From contig OZ241827.1 in NCBI GenBank assembly GCA_965202585.1, positions 19,902,001 to 19,966,000 on the forward strand: a DNA stretch of 64,000 nt, in the 5' to 3' direction. The position numbers were made by a program, and so were the translations under genes. The notes beneath the pieces are model-generated. The model was given only the letters and a program-made list of their open reading frames with translations, was not told the DNA's origin and did no database searches. Shown here in pieces: positions 50,401 to 61,400 of this stretch. Origin of the DNA: Thalia democratica (lineage: Eukaryota). Position 1 is the first letter of the stretch. The number at the start of each line of letters is the position of its first letter.

Positions 50401-51982
50401 TGCCAAAATCTCCCTTTTTAAAATTCCCCCTCATTTTCAGTGCGACGCGTTCAAGCTGTGGCTGATGTGGAAGGCGTGGGGAAACACCGGAATGGAGAGT
50501 CGGGTAGACAACGCGTGGTGCAACGCCGAGTTCTTATTGGCTGAAATTAAGAAGAGGGGAGACAGGTTCAAGCTGGTCATGGACGAGGTTTGAGTATTTG
50601 ATTATTATTAAATTGTTAAACATAACAAGTACTTGATTTATACTATTGTTCAGTGAATTAACGTGAGTTTGAAATATTTTTTTATGTTATGAGAAATATA
50701 CAAATTGGCAAACACTTGGAATTAAAATGTTTTTAAAACTTTCTACATTTGTTTTCGGAATGTTTTTAAAAACCAAAAATTTTAAAATCAAACTCAGTAT
50801 GTATAAACATTATAAATTGCATAATTTAAGTTAAAATGTTTTAATCGGAATAATAATATAGATTTGAAGCTATTTGATAATTTTGTTTAGCATTAAAACT
50901 GCTATATAACCTCTACAAATCAATCGAAAACATACTAAAACGTTTTTTAGAGTAGGTTTTTTAAATATGTATAAAACATAATGCAACCATAAATGACAGT
51001 AATTTAAATTTTGTAAACAAGATTTCGCGAGCCTGTCTAAGTCTTATTTTTAACATCAGATCGAGGGGCCGAACGTGTGTTTCTGGTGGGTTCCTGAAAA
51101 CCTGAGAAACTCCGAAGACACTCCTGAGTTGAGGCAGAAACTCGCTGAGATCGTGCCTCAGATAAAAGTCAAGTCGGTTTTTGTTTTAGTTGTTAATTGT
51201 TAATTTACATGTATGTAAGGTTCTTCATGAAAAAAGAAGCCTATTTATTGGCATAGGGTCGTATTATGTAAATTATCAATTATACGTTGAATCTGAAATT
51301 AAATTGAAATAAAACTAATTGCACATTAAATTTTCTGTGTTTTAGTTTTTTTTGTGTGTTCTACAGAATATTTTAATATAAATGTGTTTGGTATTAGTAA
51401 GAATATTATTAAACGAAAACAAAAAATAAAGATGCTTAGAAAAATTTGATTTATGTTTAATATAATGATTTAATTGTTGAGTATTTATGTTAATGCTATT
51501 GTTGTTACTAAATGTAAACTACTCCTACTACTACCACTACAACCAAACGTATACTAATGTATGTGCTTGGAAAACAAGTAAAAAAAAACTTTAGATTATG
51601 TTAACACTATTAAAAGTTATTTTAATCTATATTTAAAACAAAACGCCGAATATTTTTGAACAAGTTTAAATGTTAGAAAAAAAATTTAAAGATGAGAATA
51701 ACTATAAACCTTGATCAAAACAACAACCACTTTATTTTTTTACTGAACAACTTTAATAACATAAACACGTTTGACGAATCATAGCATAAAAATCAACAGT
51801 TTTACTCACCAAACTGTTCGCGCAGGTTGCAGAAATCGGGGGAGATAATGGTGGGTTACTCCCCGGCGGGGGATTACCCGACATTCTTCAGGATGGTGCT
51901 GGTCAACACGAACGTGGTCAACGGCGACATGAGCCACCTGCTCGACAGGATCGAACAAGTCGGAGGGGACGTCACCAAGTAA
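38835..51982 (+). CDS. PLP-dependent acidic amino-acid decarboxylase, CSAD/GADL1-like (group II decarboxylase); start exon uncertain
   Basis: Exons 38835-38873, 40219-40404, 41116-41206 (GHPYFFNQMYGG), 41759-41862 (HTFEVSPAF...GDGTFCP), 42783-42898 (GGSYC), 43169-43303 (AHYS...GIG), 47765-47881 (ATAGTTVLGAFD...WMHVD), 48377-48441 (GAWGG), 48908-48986 (SFAWNPHK, PLP lysine), 49606-49716 (YLFQNDK...QCGRS), 50441-50587 (CDAFKLWLMWKAWG), 51060-51172, 51826-51982 (MVGY...FFRMV...*). All phases consistent. Candidate start ATGTTTTATA|GTAAGT near 37802-37811 would give ~489 aa. Confidence 0.95.
39353..39653. mobile_element. Old hAT-like MITE remnant (AAAACCTGGAA family); a related remnant lies at ~45700-46027
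   Basis: CAAGGTGGCAAC left end. Block TACTTT(C)AAAAACC(T/A)GGAAGAAATTTCTCAAAAACC is shared with ~45978-46012. No TSD. Confidence 0.4.
40424..40785. repeat. Perfect inverted duplication: 162-bp arms, 38-bp spacer
   Basis: 40424-40585 is the exact reverse complement of 40624-40785. The spacer (40586-40623) is repeated directly at 40864-40901. Confidence 0.92.
41530..41800 (+). repeat. Tandem ~70-bp repeat x4 made of a 3' splice site plus the first ~40 nt of a decarboxylase exon
   Basis: AACAG|ACACAC(A/G)TTT...AGTGT..CCA...AGTGTTGCT with post-acceptor starts at 41549, 41622, 41689 and 41759. Only the fourth copy continues as the coding exon. Confidence 0.92.
43442..43486 (-). ncRNA. Type I hammerhead ribozyme motif, copy 1 (antisense to host gene)
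   Basis: Exact reverse complement of 44389-44433. Confidence 0.8.
43743..43973 (-). mobile_element. 5'-truncated PLE GIY-YIG endonuclease C-terminal coding fragment (76 aa, no internal stops)
   Basis: YVCGLKRSGIDYEISWEVIKRAQPIADGNSPICRLCLKEASAVVYALKDKRCLNKRSEFVSSCRHIKKSLLKFNKF* matches the PLE tail pattern Y-x-I-x-W...C-x-LCL-x-E...LNKR-x-E...CRH. Absent from the ORF track because it lacks a start codon. Confidence 0.8.
44389..44433 (+). ncRNA. Type I hammerhead ribozyme motif, copy 2 (GUU cleavage triplet)
   Basis: UUUGAAG-CUGAUGA-GUGA(GUAA)UCAC-GAAA-CUCGAG-UU-CUUUGAG. Complete core, 4-bp helix II, palindromic ACUCGAGU helix III, 7-bp helix I with G-U pairs. Predicted cut after 44426. Confidence 0.82.
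44573..44827 (+). mobile_element. Additional PLE 3' end (pLTR-like) copy, about 96% identical to 44203-44457, followed by (TA)n
   Basis: Colinear with the distal right arm at a constant 370-nt offset, with about 10 substitutions counted by eye. Confidence 0.88.
44759..44803 (+). ncRNA. Type I hammerhead ribozyme motif, copy 3 (canonical GUC triplet)
   Basis: UUUGAAG-CUGAUGA-GUGA(AUAG)UCAC-GAAA-CUCGAG-UC-CUUUGAG. Core and helices match copy 2; only loop II and position 17 differ. Predicted cut after 44796. Confidence 0.87.
44850..45430. repeat. Degenerate short-period satellite (TTTGAGTTTGAACTTG-type, ~27-bp higher-order unit)
   Basis: Repeated (A)TGTGAGTTTGA and TTTGAGTTTGAACTT motifs; explains spurious ORF 45045-45290. 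Confidence 0.75.
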
Positions 51983-54900
51983 ATAACCAGTATAAAGTTT
52001 TTATATATCTTTAATTATGACCTTCCGACTAAGCTTTAAGTTCGCCAATGTTTTTTACTGTTTTTTAAGTAGATAGATTTAAATACCCAGATGCTAGATT
52101 ATTAATTATGTGTTATATAGTAATTTAAACAGTTGTTGCTTTTGATTGGTATTAAAATGTCAAGTAGATGTTTATATCCAGTAAATTTTTTAAACAACGC
52201 CTCAATGTTTTTGTGTATTCTAAAATGTTTAGTAGGTATGAAAATTCTAATTGACAAAAGTATAGTTTTCGATAATGTTGTAGGTATCGGTAAAAAAATG
52301 CTTTCATATTTTTAACTAATCATTTTAAACTTCTAAAGACTGTGTAGAAATTGTTAAGCTTATTTTTGTTTTTAATGTGCTAATCATCTAAAAGCCTCAT
52401 TTTAATTAATGTTTCATATAAAATTTATAAATTTTTGTAATTGATTTTTAGTTTAATTACTGCTATTGAACAGTTTTTCATTCTTTACTTATACATACTA
52501 CTTTTTTCTATATATAACAAACAATTATTGTGTTCAAAATACGATTTTTAATTTTACTCAATTTACAGTGCTATTTTAAAAGTGCTTTGTAGCTGTAACA
52601 TAAAACAATTTTTAAATGACTGCCTTTCAAAAGTAATCATGTTAAACTTTAATCGTTTTATTTTTGAAGGTATTTACAAGTTCAGTTAGAAATTTAATGA
52701 TTTTGTTGAAAGTGTTAACAGCTGTACTTTGAACTTTATTTACTGCAACTTTAATTTAATTTGTTAAGCTTAAAACTTGAATGATATATATTATTAAACT
52801 GTTGCTTATATGTGTTTAAATAAATTTAAAAATAAGTTAGACAACTGTCTGTTATTCTATCTTTTGTATTTAATTTATTTTATTTTACCCTACTTTTATA
52901 AATGTATTTAACATTTTTGTTTTATTAAGTATTGAATTTGTTAAAACTAAGTTTAATTTTAATTTTTTAAATGCTAAAACAGTTCGTTTTCAGATTTATT
53001 TGTGTATTAAGATATAGTAGATTAACTAAAACAATATTCCTTAGATTATCAAAAAAAAAAATTGTTAAACGAAGTATTAGAAATACAGCTTGCAACTATT
53101 CTTAAACTCCAAATTTTTTAGCTAATAGAAAAGGAAACAAAACTTTCAATTATAAAACCAAGAGTCGGTTATGTTTTATGATAAACAAAAAAAGTAAAAA
53201 AAATATGGAAACAAACTAGATTGGAAGTTTGTATTAAGACTTGTCCTAAATAGATTTTCAGAATAGTCCTTATTACAGAGTTTATAAAATTAAACCCCCA
53301 TTTTTCGCATCTTTACTTGTTATTGCATCCCGACTTACTACAATCGCCCAATAGAGGTAGGTATTGTTGCCCCCCTTTTGGAAACCCTGGTTTAAAGATA
53401 AACTAAATACTGAAAAACATAATTTATATTTTATTCATTTTCTAAATCCTTTGATAGAAATTTCTGTTGAATTAATCTGGAAACAAAAACAAGAATTTAA
53501 TGACACCTTCGAATAAGTTGAAACAATTTAAGGTACTAACTTTAACATAACTATGTAAATAACTTTGCTAAACAAATCTTAAAAAATAATTAAATGCGCA
53601 TATATGTATATATATATATATATCTGATTACTGTTACAGTTTGGTAGATAATGTTTTTTAATAACCAAAATAATTATTTGAAATACTCAACATCTAATAA
53701 TATTTACCAATAAAAACCTTTTCACTAGTTTTTATCAAATGACTAACTACCTTAGTATATGAAACACGACAAAAAATCAAGACATAACACGTTTACTTTG
53801 CTATAGACAGTGTTAGTCCCTTAAAAAGTCAAAACATTGTCCTGGAAAAGTTGTAAGATCAGTATATGAGGAATATGTAGTAAAAATTCTTCGATGACTA
53901 TTGCAACATATTTAAAGTGAAAAACTAACTTTGTATTTTCTAAAATCAAAAAATGATAGTGTGAAAGAATTAAAACAAACTGTAAAGTATGTTTATATTC
54001 CTTTAATTTTTTTTCAAAATGCATTAGTGACCTTAAAATTTTGCTAAGCCTAATAATTTTTTTGTTAATACTACTTTTTTATAGCAAATTTTGTTTGAAA
54101 AATAATTTATTTTTGTTTATATAGTCAAGTGTTTTTTTTTTATTATGTTAAAGGTCTGATTTTTTAAGTATCGTAAACAAAAAAAAATTTTTTTTTAACA
54201 TATAAGCCTTTAATGAAGTTAACAAAAATGTTTAAACTTGATTGTCAAATCCGTACTGAAAGTAAAAATACTACAGTTTAGAATTTTGATTAAGAAGAAA
54301 GTTATGATAACTTATTTTTATCTAAAGTTGCTTAAAACAATTAATGCCGAACAGTATACTAATAAAAAGAGATAGAATAAAAAAAAATATCTTTAAATTG
54401 TTTTTTAATTGTCGAAGCTTATAGTTTACTTAACTTTGGACGAACTTTTAAGTTTTTCATTTTTTTGTGTTTATTAAAACTTGAAGTTTTTAATTAATGC
54501 ACTAATTTTTGTTTTTAGACACACTCTGTTCTATTAAGTTGTAGTAATTTAGTTATTAAAAAATTGTAGTAACTAAAATATTTTACACTTTTGTTGTATA
54601 GTAAATATCTAAGCATAGTTTGTGTTGCACTTAATAAAAATACTTTTAAAATTACCTTTCTTAACTAAATTTTATGTTTATTTTAAGGTAAGTTTAGTTT
54701 TGATACCTAAACTGTAACTAATGGTAAGAAAGTATCAGTTTTTGCTATGCCTAAATGCTCTTTAATTGTTACCGTTTTTATATTAATAATCTATTTTTAT
54801 AACTAATTGATTAAAGTCCCACTTCAAATTGTTAAAATTTTTGTTCATAAATAAATTAACAACTAAGGTAAAGTTTCTAATGTTTTTTAATAATTCAACA

Positions 54901-57143
54901 ACGTTAAAAATTTCGCATAAAGCTTAAAAACATTTTAAAATTTAAGTTATTGAATAAAAACAGTGAGACATATTAAAAAAAATACTTAAAAATTTAAGGG
55001 TTAAACAAAAAAAATTAATAAAGATTAGTTACTAATTTTAAATTTAACTTTGAAAAACAACTTGTCCTTTGTAAGTAAAGTCAATGATTTTTTTTTTCAC
55101 CATAACAGCAACTTAGTTAATAAATTTAGTTAATGTAATTAATTCCAAGTTTGATTATTTAAGTTAAGAAACTTTGTAAGGTTTGATGTCCTCGACAAGA
55201 GGTTATAAGGTATCTAAGTTGTGTGCGTCTTGATAACCGAAAGGTTTTTTCGTGCACCAGGTCCTAGGACCAAATATATTAAGCGTGTTTTAAGTTGTTC
55301 TCAATTAATAATTATTTTTAACTTAAAGCCTTGAGTTTTTTTGAAACAAAAGGACATTTTCTTACAGAGAAAATACAACAAGCTTTTTGCATTAATAGAT
55401 AGCAGTAGTATATGTTTAATAGAGTATAAAAAGCATATAATCTAAAGTAAAGAAAATTTAAACTTTCACATTAAATTTTATTTTAGTAGTTCTATACTTT
55501 TTAGTAATTTTATATTCTTATTATATATTTAGTAGTTTTATATTAAAAGTAACACTAAAGTTAGTTTTTTCTCAAAGTCCAAAAAATAAATTAAGTATGT
55601 GTTATTTTGCTAGAAATTAACTTTATAAACTAGTCGGACTTGTACAATAGCAATTTGTAAAAACTTACTTTTAAAATAACTGATAAATTAAAATAAGATT
55701 GTTAGATTAACAACAAAAAGTTAACAACATTGTCAACAACCAAGAAAACCCTTACTAAGCATCAGAAAACACTTTATTAGTTTAAACAACTCCTTTGGTT
55801 TTACATATTTGCAAAAGTAAAAACATCAAAGTTAGGTCATTATACAATAATGCAATTTAAAATATGCTGAAAATAAGCAAGCTCTTTACCTTCTTTTTAA
55901 AATAAACATTATTTTTCATGTTTATTAAAGTTTTGTAGAAACAAAACAATTTAAAACATTAAGCCTAACTACCCTAGATAAATTTACAGCATATTTAATT
56001 ATAACATTGTTTTAAGGTTACACTTGTTATTAATTTTTTACACTGTTGAAACATCTATATTCTATACAAATATTATCAACTTCTTAATATATATGCTGTC
56101 ATCAATCAGTGTATCGCAGTTATTCATGCATTAAAATTTGAGTAATTAGGTTATTAAGCTAGTTACATTTCAAAAAGTTATCTAAGTTATAAAATTTTGA
56201 TTATTCAGCTTCAATACTATGTAATGCTGTAATACTGTATCTAGAACAGTTTTTAGGTCACTAAACGTTAAATTATTAAAAAAACTTAATATTTTTTTTT
56301 TGTTTATCTTAATGCCTGTGTTTCAATAGTTTCAAACATTTATACTAGTAACAGTAATTAGAAATAATGTTAAATATTTTTAATTTTTATTTTTTTAACA
56401 TGTGTTTTATTTAAAAAATAACTTAAAAGCTTGTACAATTTCAGCATATTTTAAATTGCATTATTGTATAATGACCTAAAATTGATGTTTTTACTTTTGC
56501 AAATATGTAAAACCAAAGGAGATGTTTAAATGAGTTATGTAATTATTATATATTTTTATACTTTGTTTGTTATTTTCTTAAAATTATATGCTTTTAATAA
56601 GATAAGTATTATAAAGCTTTATATTGACTTTAAATTTTTTAAGTAAATCAATTGTTAAAAGTAAGGCTAAATGTTCTTATTAAGTATATACTCATATAAT
56701 CATTCTTAAGGAAAAATTTTGTAAAACCAACAACAACAAAAAACATACCACATTTATTTTTTAAATATCGTTTAAACTTCAGTTTAAATAGCTAAAAATT
56801 GATCTAGTTCTAAAAAATTTGCTAAAAATGTAAACGTTATTTAAAGTTCTTTAAATTTTGAATAAAAACAATATATTAAATCTTAAACAATAGGAATTGT
56901 AAATTTATAATAAAAAGTGGTAGTCGAAATACTCTGCTTAATTTTTTTTAAAGATATTTTTGAATATAATAAGCTAATTTAGCAACAGTATTTAAAAGAC
57001 AATAATAAATAAATAAGTTCACAAACGAAACTAAACTTTTCAACTAAACTTGTTATAATTTTTAATCAACAGCTAAACATTTCACCATAAATTTCTTTAA
57101 AAACAACACCTCCTCTCTGTTTTCAGAAACTTCTATTGATTGC

Positions 57144-58400
57144 CTACATTATTTCTAACTCATCTAAATTTACAACTTTCAGCGAATCGCGGTTGAGATG
57201 GTCTTCACAAAACCTGATTACGATTTTTGGACATTCTTTGTTAACTTCATCAGCTAAAACAAAATCAGGAAGTTCTTTTTCATACCTACAACAGTAAAAT
57301 TTATTGTAATATTCGTTCGTTAAATGTAATTTTTTTAAATATTTTAGTTATTAACGTAAATGTTTTTACTAGAGGTGTTGAAGTTTATATTTATAGTGTC
57401 CTATGAAAACCTAATGCCTAGCTAGATAGTTACAACTTTTATAAACTATTATTTTTAATTTAAATGAGCAGTGAAAATAAAAAAATTCAGAACGAAACTA
57501 AAGTTCGTTTAGCTAAGTTTAACAGTTACGATTTACAAATAATTACTTAAGTATAAAAACTTAATATAACTTTACAGAATTATTGTATCCGTTTAGTAAG
57601 TTTATACATCACGTTTTTAATATTTAAGCACATAAAAAAATTAATAGAAAACGAACATATAAAATAAAAAGTGAAAAATTTAGTAGAACAATTTAAACAA
57701 CTGTTTAATCTGAACTAAAATCATTAAAATTTTTAAATATATTTTATTAATAAGTCTTTATATCAAACACACTTTATTATTTAATTAAAACAAATTTATC
57801 TTTTAAAAACTATGTGTAATTTTCTAATAATATATAATATTTGAAATAAATACCATTTTATGAGGTAAACAAGTTTATTTTCTCTTGTTGTAGCACCCAG
57901 AATTCGTTCAGCATGCAAATATTTCTTGAAAAGTCCCTCCTTTATACTTTCAAAATGATTTGTATACTTTTTGTGTTTTCTTTTACGGGAATTATCGGGT
58001 TGAAATACTTTTATTGGCGATGAATAATTAATTTCTTTTAAAAACTGTTGAATCAGCTCATCGCAGTCTAAGTTTTCCTCGGGTTCCCACGAATTGTTAC
58101 TGCTGCAATTTTTTATTTAATTAATACACGTTAGTAAAGGTTTTCAATTATAATTTTAAACTTTTTTTCGAGGTTAAACATCTAGTTTATACTATAGTAG
58201 CCATTACGAATATTTTTAGTTTAATTTAAAAACAATGATTTGTATTTAAATATAAATTTCTGAAAGTATGTTAATAAAAAAACTAACTGGTCAAAGCCTT
58301 TGTACTTAAGAAAGTAATACATTTTCCCATTGATCAATAACCGTGATACTATTTTCTCAACTTCAAATACTTCTGGTGTTACTTTACTACTTGCTGACAT
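57144..58400 (-). CDS. HP1/chromobox-like protein (chromodomain + chromo shadow domain), 3 coding exons, 167 aa
   Basis: Exons 58400-58288 (MSASSKVTPEVFEVEKIVSRLLINGKMYYFLKYKGFD), 58102-57854 (HSNNSWEPEENLDCDELIQQF...RKRKHKK...AERILGATTRENKLVYLIKW) and 57285-57144 (YEKELPDFVLADEVNKECPKIVIRFCEDHL...EIM*). GT-AG junctions, phases 2/2, 504 nt. Confidence 0.92.
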
Positions 58401-61400
58401 TGAAAACTTAAAATCTATTGCAACTGCAATGAAATGAATACATTTTTTTACATTTTTCTTTTACTTGTTTGTTTATTTTTAAACGTAAAATATTGATGTA
58501 TATAAAAAAATTAAATTTACCACTTATAAATTAAAAAATCTCTTTGCTTTGAATAGTTTTCTCATTACTCAAATTTTACTTTTGATAGATTTTAGCTTTA
58601 AGTCTATTTTAATTTACTGCTATTTTAATTATTCTATTAGTATGTACATTATGCATAGTAATTTAGTTCTAGCATCGATTAAAAAATAATCTCACTTATA
58701 AAAAGTGTTTTATATGAGATATAAAATATAAAGTCTTAAGGTTTTGTGTTAGAGCACTTTTTTAAGAATAAAATAAGATTTCAATAGTATAATAGTTTAG
58801 CCGTAAGTAAGAAGCAATAGTTGTGAAAAATAAAATGAGCGTAATATTTTTTTTATCTCACAAGTTATTTTTTTTAGCAACAACGAAAATACGTTGAAAA
58901 TTTAGGTCATTTTAGGGTAATAGTCGAAAAATAACATTTCGATTAAAAAATAAGTTGATCACGTATTGAATAGGTTTAGTTGATTTTCAATTTCCTTAAA
59001 ATATTTCACCAACTTTTGTTTCAACGTACTTCCTGCAGCCTTTTGTTGTACAAACTAATGAGAAAAGACTTTACAACTGTGGAAGTAGTAGGAACTTTAA
59101 CAGTTTATTTTTCCTTATTTTTTTAACAAAAGTTTTTGTTTTAATATTGTACATTTGGAATCATGCGTAGATTAAACAATTAATTAAAAACTTGTATAGT
59201 AAAATAAATGTAAAATTTCAAAAAACATGATTAGGTTAATAAGTAATTTAAAAACATTTTATTTTAATACTTTTAGTTAATTTAAAGTTAAACTGTCTCA
59301 AAAAAAAAACTTTAAGTTAAACATTTACAAGAAAAAGAAAATAAAAAAAATTCTTTGTTTTGTTTACAGATGATTTTTGTTACTTTTTAACGTATCTGTT
59401 TCTCTTCTTTGTCTTTCTTTGTAATTTTTGCTTGTGACAGTTATTCAAACAATTAAAAAAATATTTTTCTAATTTGAAAATAATAAATAAATTAAATGTA
59501 TAATATTTATATGTTGAATAAACAAAAAAGTTAACCTTTTATAACTTTTACGTTTAAAAATAATTTTAAAATACTTTTGTTTCCTAGTTATAAAAAAAAA
59601 ACTACTTATCAACAGCTGAAACAACAGCTAAAACCTAAAAAGTTAACTAAATTTTAAAATTTTTTATTCTATTAAAAGTCTTTTACATTATAACCTTGAG
59701 CAATCAATAATACCAAACCTTTCTAAGTACTCAAAACTAGCTATAACAATTGTTAGTATGTTTAACAATTTTTGATGAAATCTAACTTAGTTAATCATAC
59801 TTTAATCCGCTGCTATCAAAATAGTTGCTCTAATTTTTGAAAAAAACTTACTAAAAATAATTATGTTGTACTAAATGAAGCTTTACTTATACAATAAATA
59901 TTCCAAAACTGCTTTAATAAAGTGATACATAGATTTTTTAGTTGTCTACCGCTATATAGTTAAACTTATTATTGCAGTTACAAGCTTCGTTGCTTGCACA
60001 ACTCTGAGTAAGCACATCTAATGTGCTATCTCGCGCTAATACCACTAAGTAGTGACCACTCAAAACACTTCTTTTAGCGCTAGTAACTGCACGCGTTCCT
60101 TTTTTCAACTTAAAATTTTACTCTTATCTTTTACTGGTACGCAAGTGGCTTAAAGATATTTTTTGTTTTCTTAGCTAAGTACCTAATTTTCTCAATTAAG
60201 TCATTGTGCTATACGCGTTTGTGTAAGACTACCTTTTAATTTATGCTTATTGTTTTTTTATTTTAAACTAATTATATAAAAAACTTTCAACGGTATAGTT
60301 AACAATAAAAATATTTGCATGAAAAAAAGTTTGTTTAAAAGTGTTAATTTAACTAAAATAAAACTTAAACGATATAACTTAACTTGTTTGATAAAGTAAT
60401 AAAGAATACTTTTATAAAAAACAAAAAAAAAAAACCACAAAAACATAAACTTAAATTAACATCATTAAACTTTAAGCATACGAACAAAGTAGATTAAAAA
60501 AGTTTTATGTTATTGAACACAAAAACTGTCAAGTTACAGCTTATAAATATTTATTAAATTAGTGATTTCATTCAAATTAGAAAATATATTAAAAAAATCA
60601 AAAATTAAATTAAAACGCTACTGAAGGCATTAATAGTTTTCTAAATAAATCAAGTAATTCAAGGACTCAGAAATGTATAAAAACAACGAAAAAACTAATT
60701 AAATAAATGTAAAATTTTACTTTTAACTAAAAATAAAAACTTTTCAAATTGCTTAGAGTATAATTCTTTTACTGAAATGCATTAAGCGTCTTACACTTTT
60801 TAATTTTATATAAAACGTATGCACAACTTTTTTTTTAATGAAATGAAAACATTTTATCTATACTTATATAATTTTTTCTGTTTAATTTTGTGTTCTTGAG
60901 TTGTTTTTATTAACTTAAGAAATTGTTAAAAAACCTAAGACAGTTAAAACTACAGAAACTAAAAAATTGCAGAACTTTTAAGCTAAGCAAGTATTTAAAA
61001 CAAGCATTTTACTACAATGAATTGATTTTGTGCAAAAGAGACATTATGCTTGCGTTTTCCCAGTGATTCATCTTATTAATTATTAAAGAATTTGGTAGGT
61101 GTTGACTTTCAACTCATACATAAACATGTTTTCAATATGTTGCTTAGGACAATGACTTGAATGAAACTTTCTATTTTCTGAAATGCTTAACAACTGCTTA
61201 TTGTTTTTTTTTTACGCTTTTAAAGATAAAACACAATTGATTAAAACACTACAAATTTTTATTATGGATGACATATTCGGCTTCCATTTTGAAACTACAT
61301 TTTCTCCAGTACACACGGAATAAACTATTATACTAAAATAATACACAAACCTTTTGACATTTATATTCTGCGTAATAAAATAGCATTTCAAAATTTTATT

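Noticed and set aside
61220-61300. Minus-strand MEAEYVIHNKI... as a second chromodomain start
   Set aside because: The resemblance ends after ~10 residues; no LKW/KG or WEP motifs follow.
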